A stretch of DNA of 64,000 nt from Epiperipatus broadwayi. Lineage: Eukaryota; Animalia; Onychophora. The stretch is from contig JAQFVV010000003.1 of NCBI GenBank assembly GCA_028023455.1, positions 29,636,001 through 29,700,000 on the forward strand, in the 5' to 3' direction. The notes under the pieces were generated by a model that made no database searches, had not been told where the DNA came from, and saw nothing but the letters and a program-made list of their open reading frames with translations. This document shows, piece by piece, positions 1 through 11,325 of this stretch; the first letter of the stretch is position 1; each line of letters begins with the position of its first letter. The translations under genes and the position numbers were made by a program.

Positions 1-1020
1 AAATAATTAGAGACTTCTTTAAATTTATAATAAATTTAACAATATTTATTAAAAATAAAGTCAACTTATTTAATATAACAAAAATAATTATGAAGATTTA
101 TTTCATGTTTCTATTATTTAGAAGTTTAAATATAAACTAACTTTCTATATTTACTTAGTAGATGCGTATTTATAATATGTACAGATTCAAGTAATGTATA
201 ATATAATAAATGGATTTTTATAATTTACTAGAATAAATTATAATACTAATAATTCTGCAATAACACATTTGTTAGAGAAGTTTCATTTTGTTCATAATTT
301 TATATACGCTAAGCGCTTTCGAAGTTCTTAGACTTCATATTCATAGCTGAGTGCAGTCAAATAAATATACAAATAAATAATAGTATTACATAATACCTCC
401 ATATGATAGAATTATATCTTCTGGAGACTATACCTATGCAGTAATATTAGTCATTCATACAAATAAGAACAAATAAACATTATTAATTTAAATTAGTAAT
501 AAGTGTTCTGTAAATGTCAAATCAAAAAATGTAATATGAAGAGTAATAAACTCTTACCTTCATATTAATTTACTTGAACCTTAATTTAAAAATCTTTTGT
601 CAAGTTGCTTTCATTTGAAGATCTGGACTTTAATATATATATATAAAATATTTAAGTTCATGATCTATTCATTTTCATTTAATCTCATAATTGAATTATT
701 CCAAATGTAAAAGTATTTTAATAACGAAGGAAATAAAATTAAATGTTTTAAAATGAAAGTTCATGAAGACGATGTAAGATAATGAAAAGTTCATGTTACT
801 GTCCTATTCATTTCCATGTGAAGAAGCAATGTTCATTCAGGATAAAGTTCTTTATCCAGGCAGCCAGTTATTCCTAACCATTCTTCTTATATGATGTTGG
901 TATCTTCTTCCGTAAATGATTTTATTAGCAATTGGAGTTTCAAAAAAATTATGGAGATGAAATTCATATAATTTCTAGGCATTTAAGTAGCATAAGCAAT
1001 TACATTTATCTGCGGTCAAA

Positions 1021-1144
1021 ACAATAATATTATATATCCTATGACGATTGGACTTTACTGACAAGGCATTTCTTTATATATTACAATAATATTATATATC
1101 CTATGACGATTGGACTTTACTGACAAGGCATTTCTTTATATATT
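1021..1144. repeat. Exact tandem duplication, 2 x 62 bp
   Basis: acaataatattatatatcctatgacgattgg...ctttatatatt occurs at 1021-1082 and 1083-1144. Confidence 0.9.
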
Positions 1145-2234
1145 AATCAACTTAAATTAATAATGATTTTAATATATAATGATTTTTGAAAAAGTTTATA
1201 TACTTCAGAATTCCAATTTAGAACTATGTTTTTAAGCTTTTAAGTAATAAAAGAAATATATATAATTTCGTTTTAATTACGAATTACATTAATAGAAAAT
1301 AACTTATTTATTGTTCTATTTGGCTAATATTAAAGTTTGTTTCTTAACAAAACTTTTCTTTAATAAATAAACCGTTCAATTTGTTAATCTATCTTTTTAT
1401 ATATATTCTATATTCGAACACAGTAAAATCAATATGCGAAGTATCTAGTACATTGGCAAAAGATAGAATACAAATTTTGATTCAGTATTTATAGTAAAAT
1501 CATTTCAAACATCATGTATTGCATATATCATTTGTTTTCACAAATTTACATTCTATAATGAATAATTGATATTTTAATTTTATTTTCCTTCATGTTATTT
1601 GATAGGCTGCGAACTTGACTTTAAAGGTTATCTTTATATCACGTTTTTATTAATGAACTTTGTTAGTTTAAACAATGTTAAAAATATTTATGAATGAAAA
1701 TAGTATTTTTACTTGTTTTAATTTTATTAAAAGAATTATAAAAAAATAAAGTATATATATTAATTATATATATCTATGTGATAGCATTGAGTATTCTCAC
1801 ACATATTATACCAAAATTTATAGTGTTACTATTATCTTAATTATAAATTTAAAATTTTGGAGATATAATATACATTTTATATGCTATTCCTACAATGGAT
1901 AACCAATCAAAAGGTTATGCTATATATATACACTGAACATTGACATAGGTATGTGTAAGAGGTCTGGACGAACTGATGAGTAGCTGGTTCAGCATAAAAT
2001 GTGCACCTTGGGGATCATAGATGTTTTTCACATATCTTCAGTCATATATTTATGATTACATCCATCCTCAAGATGTCAAAAGTGAATAGAAACCAATCCC
2101 TACCTTGTGTTAGAATGGTAAAGTGAAAATTACAGAAATATTATTCATTATTAGTACCTTTTATATGTTTATATAAATTTAAAAGTTGTAATACAAATAA
2201 CAAAATTGAAAATTTATATATTAACTATACCAAC

Positions 2235-2338
2235 CATCATGTATGGATCATCAACTAGTGGATAGAAAAAATCAGTTGTCTGAACAAGTGAAAGTCCTCC
2301 ATGACGTAAAGGTGTGATGCAAGCATCCATACCAATAC
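2235..2338 (-). CDS. SelD: Selenophosphate synthetase, coding exon 2 ([35 protein letters not shown])
   Basis: Contains the SelD/SEPHS motif [18 protein letters not shown]. Acceptor tttttaaag at 2339-2340 and donor gttggt at 2234. Phase joins the upstream exon (G|GT). The next exons (GKIACANV...) were not found in 1-2234, so they presumably lie outside the window. Confidence 0.95.
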
Positions 2339-2680
2339 CTTTAAAAAAGAGAATGATTTCTTGAGTTAAAGACAGATTAATATACAATGATGAAAATCTC
2401 CTTCTAAACATTTGTCAAAAAAAAAAAGTCCTCTTTAAATCATAGGTTAATTTTTAATGCCTGTCCACACACAATACATTTGTATAGCACAATTTCAAAG
2501 TACTTTCAATTTACTTTAACTGATTTTGGAAACTTGTGAGGTAATTTTAACACAAGCAAGGGCATTACATCACATACTGAAACCATTATTCGACATACGG
2601 TATAATTATATAATATTTGAACAATATCTAAAGAAATATTAAACTTTTCTTTAAGGGGAAAAATTTCAAATTCTTGAGCG

Positions 2681-2869
2681 ATGCATGAAAAACATACAGC
2701 TGTGTGGGCTGAAAAAAGTGAGCATTATTTTTGGAAGATGATAGTTGAAAATAATGCACTGTGGGATGAGTCTGATCCAAAATATCATATAGCTTGCAAG
2801 TGCAATGTATCTATGCACAGTAATGACTACACCAAGAGAATACATAGCTTTTCAAACAATTTGTCATAA
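2681..2869 (+). pseudogene. Possible MADF/Myb-SANT-like fragment (PIF/Harbinger ORF2-like relic)
   Basis: WAEKSEHYFWKMIVENNALWDESDPKYH resembles the MADF 'I..V....LWD....Y' pattern. No other parts of an element were recognised. Confidence 0.3.
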
Positions 2870-3849
2870 AAACTACAGCCATATAAATTAATTGAAAAAT
2901 TCAACTTTTTCACAATTGTACATTTTTTTAATTAAAATTTACAATTTTTGTATTCGTGATTTTGATTAAGTAATACTTTTTCATTTTTGGATTCTATAAT
3001 TCTGTGAATAACTTTTATTGGCCCGCCTACATGTTGAAATTCATTTTTAATTAGAACAATATATTTTATCAAATACAATAGTTTATTTATCATACAATAC
3101 CTTTCCAATATTTCTTGTAACGATATTAAAAACGTAATTTGCTTTTGATAAATTTATATATTTCATGGATGAAAAACGTAAATAGTTTTTACATTTTCTG
3201 TGTTGCTCAGTAGATGAAAAATCAATCAAAAACCATATTCACATGTGCGTAACACACATAGAAAACTTGTGTACTGATATAACACAAAAGAATATTTAAA
3301 AAATGCTGCATTAAATTTTTACTATATAAATGTTAAAAAAACAGTTGTAGTAATGATTAATCGAGATGGAAAAAGACACCACCAAGATGTAAGTATAAAA
3401 GACTACAAAAAATGACTTAACAAAGATGAATTTAGAGAATTTAATCAAATCACAGTTTATTTGCTTATACCATTATCTCTTGCAAAAAAAAAAAAAAAGG
3501 AGAGATCACATGATCACAACTTTCTCCAAGCATTTCTGTTCTGTACTTTAACTTTCAAGCACTATTTAATTATTTTTGATCATGCATGATGGTGCTGCAT
3601 ACTTATATAATACTTTCATTGGTGATGAATTTCAACTTATCCCATATACTTTTTTATATATAATTAACAAGGCAACAATGTTAGAACTTTTATCATCTAG
3701 CTACATATCCCCTGTTCAAAATTAAATGAGCTAAATGATTATCTAATAAAATTCCGGACGTGAACCGAAATCGTAGGCATGATAAGGAAAACAAGAACTT
3801 TTACAAGGCTTTCACAAATATAGCTATAATCGATGAGATATTTCTTAAG

Positions 3850-4903
3850 GGTAAACATTATCTTTAACGGGTCGAAATATATGCGCTCTGGCGGAATAAT
3901 TTCGAACTACAATGCATAGTTCTCAGCAATACAAATAATAAATTTCACAAAAATGTGTTATTAATGCAGAGTCCTGAATAAAAATTCCTGCAGATAGGAC
4001 GAAAATAAGGCATTACTGGTACGGAATTGCCATTTTAGCTTGCGCTTCGCACGCATCCACAGGTTCTCTACATTTTGTGCATGAATATCCGAGTAGTTGG
4101 GATACATTAAGTTCTTCTGATACATAACAACAGAATGCATATGTGCTACTATAAATTCTGTTTAGGTTATTGTATGCAGCCCAGCTGTCCGTAATAATGT
4201 GGGTCCTTGGCAAAATGTATTGTTGTATAAGGGTTTCAAGAATAGCAGCCGCCCTATTCGGAACCTGTTATAAAACATTTTCTCGACCCCATTTCTATGC
4301 CACCCCAATGACATTCTCCTCGATATTTTCTATGAAAATTAGAAAATATTTAGTCTCGTCGATTTCTACAATAAGTGACACAACATCATTGTCGAATCCA
4401 CGAGCTACGTGGATTTCGCTTAAAAGTATCTTGCACATTCATCTCTAAATATTTGCCCAGTCTATGATAACTCGGGCACTTACACCAGTCTCGCGAACAA
4501 TGTAATCTTGCGGCAAATTATTTGCCCAATAAAAGACTATACGCACAAGGACTTGCAGAGACAGACGACTTCTGGAAAAAAAAAAGAGGGGCCGTGTCTG
4601 ATGTATATACGGCGGCGACATAATCTGCATTGCCATCTAATATCATCAGCGCCTTCGCATATCTCACCAGTGAACTTTGTTCATCGCAATGCTGACATAA
4701 AACACTGTTCACCAGCCGCTTCCTCGCTAATTCCGGAGTTCTAAGTTTCTACCATAGCCTTATTGTAATTAGTCGTGAAGTAATGGATTTCAAACACCAA
4801 TTAACAACTACTGGTAAAAAAAAAGTAACAAAATTCCCCCCAAAAGTTCAAAATTATCCCGCCAGAGCACATATCTTTCAGCCCGCTAAAGGTAATGTTT
4901 ACT
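3850..4903 (-). mobile_element. Merlin (IS1595/ISXO2-like) DNA transposon with disrupted transposase, inside the SPS intron
   Basis: Frameshifted minus-strand pieces read LCQHC...FSRSRLSL...IIDWANI, VEIDETK, IITDSWAAYNNL and HAQNVENLWMRAKRKLKWQFRTSNALFSSYLQEF. Imperfect ~55-bp inverted repeats lie at ~3850-3909 and ~4844-4903 (GGTAAACATTATCTTTAACGGG...). No clear TSD. Confidence 0.88.
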
Positions 4904-5228
4904 TTTTGTTGAATACTTTGGAACCAATGCAAAAGATGAATGAAATTTAAAATTCCCCCTTTGCCAATCACAATACGTACAAAGTAGGAGTAAAGTTTCT
5001 CGAATAACGCGGGAAAACCCATAGTGACCACGAGGCTTGGTCGCCATATTATTAATAAGCGGAGATAAACATAAAAGCAGTAATACTAAAGAAAAATTTT
5101 TTTAAATGAAACATATTATATAAAAAATTATTTCTTGAAATTTCAATAAAATATTACTACAACAAGCACTACAAATTAATATTAAGAGAAAATATAGGAA
5201 AAGCACAAACACAATTTTATGAACTTAC

Positions 5229-5487
5229 CAATTCTAGGAATTGCAGTTAAATGTCCCAAAAAGTGAGTCTGTTCTACATCTTGGACATTATTATCCTGGC
5301 TCAGTCCCTCCAGGAGTTTGAGCAGTACCTCCTGGGGGACTTTACATCCTCATCCTTTCAATTCAGCAAATTTTGTAAGTCGGAAATTAGGATCTAATTC
5401 ATGAGCCACAGGATCAAACGGTCTTCTTAAAGCAATGACATTTACGTCAGCTCCAAGCTCTAGCTGTTGTACAGCTTGGAGTGCCAT
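5229..5487 (-). CDS. SelD: Selenophosphate synthetase, first coding exon with in-frame UGA at codon 46 ([88 protein letters not shown])
   Basis: ATG at 5487, TGA at 5352-5350 within the KG*GCKVP motif, donor gtaagt at 5228, and a likely upstream acceptor at 5498-5499. The exon is missing from the ORF track because of the UGA. Confidence 0.95.
5303..5341 (-). other. RNA stem-loop 3' of the UGA (SRE-like recoding element)
   Basis: AGUCCC-CCAGGAG/GUACUGCUCAAA/CUCCUGG-A-GGGACU: 13 bp, one bulge, 12-nt loop, starting at +9 after the UGA. Confidence 0.75.
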
Positions 5488-5539
5488 TTAAAATAATCTT
5501 TAAAAATGAGAAAAGTTGGATTACAGAATTTATATTTCT

Positions 5540-5770
5540 TAAAACTTTGAAGACGCACTAATTGCCAGTAACCCTTCGGGTTCCCTAACGCTAAAAAATG
5601 GCGTCCTCCCTTTGTGCAGGAAGCTAACTAGTACCCGGATGATAAGCAGGATTTCTATACATTTCATGGTTTTGCGCAGACCTTGGGAGCAGTCCTTGAA
5701 ACTTATCAATAGGGAGTCGGAATAATGAGCTCTATAAGGGATGAATGTGATGAGTTGCAAGGTAGCGGAT
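5540..5770. promoter_or_regulatory. CpG-containing patch upstream of the SPS start; candidate promoter or 5' UTR
   Basis: Locally GC/CpG-richer than the surroundings. Contains a YY1-like AAAATGGCG at ~5595-5603. Confidence 0.3.
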
Positions 5771-7583
5771 CAAAAGATTTAATTACATAAACCTTGTTCT
5801 ATGTAATTTTAAGTGTAATATAATAAAAACAAATATTTGTAAATAAATGGGAATTAAGTCTTAGCCTAATAATTGATATTATTAATTTAATAAAGTCAGT
5901 TCAAATCTAGTTTGCAAAACTTTAATAAGTTATTAGTAAATAATTAGACACTTATTTGTGGAAATACGGTAAAAATTGGCTGATGAATATTTTTTTGAAA
6001 ATTAATTACTTTTTTCATCTTTGCCGTAGATATATACATTTAAAATATATATATTAAACGTTTTAAAATAAACTTGAAGATTTAAAACGGAGTTGGATTT
6101 TTTTTATTCTTAAAAAGCTTATGTAGCTGTTTTTCCTTTAATTGTGTGTGCGTGTGTATGTACGTACAATGTAAAATTAGCCTTATGCAAATTTTTTGTA
6201 ATTCGATTGAGTATTGATTAATTCAAAAATCACTTTAAGATTTTTTTTTTTTAGTCCTCCCCCCAAAAAAAATACGCCCGGGAAATTTATGATGAACAGT
6301 GACAATTACTAGCGTGAATTGCCGTAGTTGTGGAAACTATAATATAATTAATATCTTGTTGGATATAATTTTTCTAATCAATTGTAAAATTTTTCTTATA
6401 TATCTTATAACGAGTTTCTTCAGATATCTAGTTATTCTCGAACACCAAAATGATAAATTGAGAATGATAGTTCTTTTATTAATAGCATTAACTGATTTTT
6501 TTTTTCTGTTACTTTTCTCAGATGGGAGATAATCCTGAAACATGTAGCTTTAGAGTCAGAAAATTCTACTGAGCTAAGCTCTACAGAAGTTTTTTTTTTT
6601 AAAAAAAAAAAAACCTCAATCAACACTTTATTTATCGTAATTGCCTTGAAATTTTTTTATTATTATTGAAAAATGAAAACAGTCTTTAAATAACTATAAA
6701 AACACCTTACCTATATAATATATTATGTAGAAAGGTACCGTCTTGGGACTGGCTTCTTTTTTTTTTTTTTTTTGTTAAAAGATGATGAACAATATTTTTT
6801 GTATTGTTGTTTTTAATTATCATTGCATCAAAATTCTTGTGTAATGAAATATGGAAGTTAATTGATGTACCAGATCCATCGAATCAGTAGTAGCTAAGCA
6901 AAAGATGAATAATAGATTCAATTTGCATCAATGATGATAGGTGAATGGTAAAACTACATCAGTTTACTATTATTTATCAGAAGATAATCAATATACAAAT
7001 GGTCCCAGACTGTTGAAGATGTGTAAAACATAATTTTTTCTGTGTTTTATAAGCATGTAAACATTATTTTTCATAAATAAAAGCTTTTGAGATTAAAAAG
7101 ATAAATCTTTAAGGAATTATATATCTAGCTTGTTGATATATATTGTGCAACAAATATATGTTCATAACGTGAGAAGTTTTCACTTAAAAAAATATTGTAA
7201 CTATTGCTGGCTAATGAGTGATATAATAAAATTTAAAATCCAATTGTTTAGTAATAATTTCATCGCAGCTGTATGGTTTAATACATTAGTAGAATTGTGA
7301 ATTCTGAAAGCCAAGGCCCATTGTTTGCAGCTTTGTCACTTCTGATACTTGAGCTTTTTAGGCATTCCTGAGCAATAAACCTTTCATTTATGTAGTTCTC
7401 TTTGCACAGAGATTTTTTTAGTTAATAAACGTGCTCTCTTTTAGGTTGGTCATCATACAAGTCATTTTGGGCTTTTACATGTATACATACCAATATATTT
7501 TTATCTATATCTAATCACATTAACTGTTTATACTTCTAAATGGAATTTAATAAATCTGCTTATACATAACTATAGAGAAGCTT

Positions 7584-7619
7584 TACACAAGCTGTTTTTC
7601 ACAGCTACTGTATGGAGAG
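7584..7619. mobile_element. 36-bp mini-insertion of repeat family A, 13-bp TSD
   Basis: TATAGAGAAGCTT at 7571-7583 and 7620-7632 flanks a forward plus an inverted piece of family-A sequence. Confidence 0.7.
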
Positions 7620-8012
7620 TATAGAGAAGCTTGTTATTTCTTTAAAGACGGCGTAGCACTTTTGAGAGCTTATGACATTTTCATATTCATAGCAAGATGA
7701 AATAGAATACTAATGGAGAGATGAATATAACTATATATTTGAAGATATTTAAATTCAGTATTAAATATTTAAATTATAGCATCCATTTTTTGGAGAAAGG
7801 GAAGGATGAGTCTCTATGGTTGATAGCATTCATATTATTGGTTATAAGTCATGTTTTTGGAAGCAACTACTAAATAAATCCAATTAAACAGTCAAATGCA
7901 ATCTGTTAAATTTCTAAGAATATAAAAAATATCAATCTGTTACAATTCAAGTGTCAACTTTTTTGACAAAATTAAGATTTTAGAACAATGGAAGGTGGGA
8001 ATTCATCTTTTG

Positions 8013-8059
8013 AGCCAATAAATATCACATGATCACCATTATAGAGTTCTGCCTGTTTT
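8013..8059. mobile_element. 47-bp mini-insertion of repeat family A, 13-bp TSD
   Basis: AATTCATCTTTTG at 8000-8012 and 8060-8072. The insert is forward atcacatgatcacc plus inverted gagttctgcctgtttt. Confidence 0.75.
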
Positions 8060-8669
8060 AATTCATCTTTTGCTTATAGAACTTACCTTAACAACAGTTT
8101 GAAGATTCAGAATTTAGATAAGTTTGGAGTGTTATCATATGATTACATTTATAAAATTATTGCTTTGTGCACAATCAGATTTATTACCTAATAATAATCG
8201 AGTGTTGGGGTTTGCAAGTTAAAAATGACTATTTATTAGTCTGCTTTCAAAACAGGTTATATTTATTTGTTAATGGGATTTATTTAATCTTCTAGAAATC
8301 CAAGTATTCTTAGGTCAGAATGAATGCAATCATTTTTTTTTTATTAAAAATACTTTGATTACCTACACAACATTAAATTTTTTATGCAACATATTCATTA
8401 CTTTCATGTAACTGCACTTTGAAAATACTATTAAAACTTACTTAAGTATTTGGTTAAAGTCCTTTTTTTTTAACAAGATATTATGATAACAGATAAACAA
8501 TTATGACATTTTCTAGTTAACTACTGCTAGAGAAAATTATATTTTATTCTGGTTGTCTTAACTCTTTTATATTGATCCATTGAGATGATGTGATGACTTA
8601 GGCCAACTAATAAGATAGTTTATTTAGAAATCCATCTTGGGAGTCATTTACATTTTTCTTGCAATCATA

Positions 8670-9204
8670 TATTTAAAGAAGTAATAAATTATAAATTGTG
8701 CTTTACACAAACAAGTAAAGCTCAGTATTATAAGAATTATTAGGCTGAGTGCTTTTGGGAAACTTTAGTCCCCATATTCATAGCCTATCTTGGGAGTGAC
8801 AGCTTATGTTGAGATTTTAAACCGAAAAACTGGATAGTAATTTATGCAAATTTATTCAATATTTTCATATAGTCCACTTTCTGGAGATTGAGAAGCATGA
8901 TTCCTTCCAGTATATGCAAATTAATTCAATATTTTTATATACTCAGTTTTTCGATTTAAAATCTATTCCTTCCAGTATATGCAAATTAATTCAATATTTT
9001 TATATACTCAGTTTTTCGATTTAAAATCTCAACGTAACCAGACACTCCCAAGATAGGCTATGAATTTGGAGACTAAAGTTCTCCAAAAGCACTCGGCCTA
9101 ATAATTCTTATAATATTGAGCTTCACTTGTTTGCATAAAGCGCAATTTATAACTTACTACTTGAAGGTGAAGTAAAAACAAGGATTTTATTTCAATTAAA
9201 GCAG
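8670..9204. mobile_element. Inverted-arm insertion, family C, with decayed A3:U8 hammerhead motifs at 8741-8787(-) and 9054-9100(+)
   Basis: Arms run ~8681-9162 with a right-hand tail. A 10-bp direct repeat TGCAATCATA lies at 8660-8669 and 9205-9214. Left-arm motif: UAGGCU AUGAAUA U GGGGAC UAAA GUUUCCC AAAAG CA CUC AGCCUA. Confidence 0.7.
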
Positions 9205-10989
9205 TGCAATCATAACTAGTTGTAGTTATAAGAGTAATCTAGCACTCATAATAAGTTCAGCTATCATATATTAGCATTGAATGGTAACAAATTGTTATTT
9301 TCACAATGAAGTGCTATAGATTTTTTTTAAAAAAAAAAACATTTCTCAATTTTAATTAAAAATAGTTAAATCATAATTACAAGTATATTTGCAATATCTT
9401 GAATTTTTAATTGAAAAATAAATGCATCATTGTTGTTAAACATTTGATGAGTGAAGATTGTTTACAAAATGCCTGCATAGTGAAAGATAGTCAGTTTCTG
9501 TATTGGTGGATGATTGCAGTTTAGTGGAGTTATATTGAGGAATGCACTTTAGAAATTTGAAAAAACTTTTAAACATATATGTTATGTTTTTTTATTCTTA
9601 TTGAAAAATTTTTTGGTACTTAAAGATTAGTCTGGACACCAAGATTGATTGTGGATAATTCTGGATATGTATATATTATTAATCAATGAAATTAATTGTT
9701 AAAATTTTAAATTAATTTGTTTCCACAAATTATGATCTGAAAGATGGATATAATAGCATTATTAATTAGTGTCTATTGGATATTCAGGTTAAAAGTGGAT
9801 GATTCTGGAGAAGAATGAAGATAACTCCTGAAAGAAATTTATTTTATGTTAATTAGAAAGTGTTTCTTTTTTTTACTTAATTATATGTATAAAAATATTT
9901 TTATGCAATAATTTTTAAGAAACATTAAATAGATTAATTTTGAACTTAATATAAAATGTTTGAAACTAAAAGATTGGATCTTGTTTTATTACAATATCTG
10001 ATAAAAATAATTGGAAAAATAATGACAAGTTTTAAAAAAAAAATTTAAAACAGCATACTTCAGAGCAAAGATTTTTCCAATACTCTTTCATGGAAAAGTA
10101 TTATTACCTTTTTAAATTACCAAGTGTTTTTTCATCTTTATTTCACTCTTTAGTTAAGAATAATTACATATCTATTTTTGCATATCATATTACTTTCACC
10201 TTTTTTTAAATACTTCAATAATACTAATTTTTATATCAAAACTTTATTCTTACAGTTTCGACTGTTCTGCAGTTATCATTAAGAAAAGTGAAAATGGTAT
10301 ATGTAAATAAAAAAATGCATAAAAAAAAAAGAAATATATATATATATTTTTGACCAAATTAGATGGCTATTGCTGTTGGCTACAAGTCAGTTATCCGAGA
10401 GAAAATTACAAGTCTGATTAAAACATTTCAAATTTTTATCTAGCATGACATGACAAGTGAATATGCTACTGCTGCATTATTAGTTTATATGTTACACATT
10501 AGAATACTGTAAATCTGATTAATTGCCAATTTCTAACATTTGAGCATATTTGTCATCTATCATGATTTGTGCAAAGTGCATACTATATTAAAAATGCACC
10601 ATTTTGATTAACATATTTTCATTGCAGTTACTGTTAAAATGCTTACACTAAAATGTTCAGTATTTTATTCTTAACTTTAATCATTTGTCTGCAATTAAGA
10701 TTTTAATACAGGGTCAATCACCAATGATGCTATCAGTAGTAAACATTTGTTATTGTTGCAAAAAAAAAAAAAAAAAGATTGAACTGTTAAAAAAACAAAA
10801 AAATATTTTCAAATCGGCTTTTACAAAAATGTTCAAATAACTATAATTTAATTTTATTATTCATTTAGTATAGTAATGGATGTAATTTTTTTAAATCATT
10901 TATTATTTGTAAAACTTGCTTAACTACAATTACAAAGAAATAAAATCATATGTCATATGGCCTAATTTAACAAGCTTGTATTATAAATG

Positions 10990-11325
10990 CTATATATAGA
11001 GCTTGCAAATAAGGTTTTAACAAGCTTTTTCTATCCCTAATCCCAGACCGGATTCTGCTACTGGTTTCCTCAGTCAGTGAGGTGCTAGGATATTCACGCA
11101 TCAGATTAAAAATACCAGGAGAAGCCCAGCACTTTATGAATGTCTGAAATTTTCAGATTTTCTACTTAATAGTTATCCATTAGATAAAGTGCTGGGCTTA
11201 TCCTGGTATTTTTAATGTAATGCTTGAATATCCTAGCACTTCACTAAGGAAGCCAGTAGCAGAAACTGGTCTGGGGATATTCTGCAAAGCTTGTTAAGAG
11301 CTTATCTGTGAGCTCTCTATATAAC
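10990..11325. mobile_element. Inverted-arm insertion related to family A, with degenerate hammerhead motifs
   Basis: The arms are mirror images and share cccagac..gtttc..cagtgagg with family A. Right arm: CUUCA CUAAGGA AGC CAGUA GCA GAAAC UG GUC UGGGGA. Confidence 0.65.

Noticed and set aside
1960-2020. CTGATGA followed by a small hairpin; possible hammerhead
   Set aside because: GAAA is absent (AAAAU), stem III and stem I do not pair, and there is no TSD or second copy.
5600-5770. Possible snRNA/snoRNA (U3-like) upstream of SPS
   Set aside because: No convincing box A/B/C/D order or Sm site.
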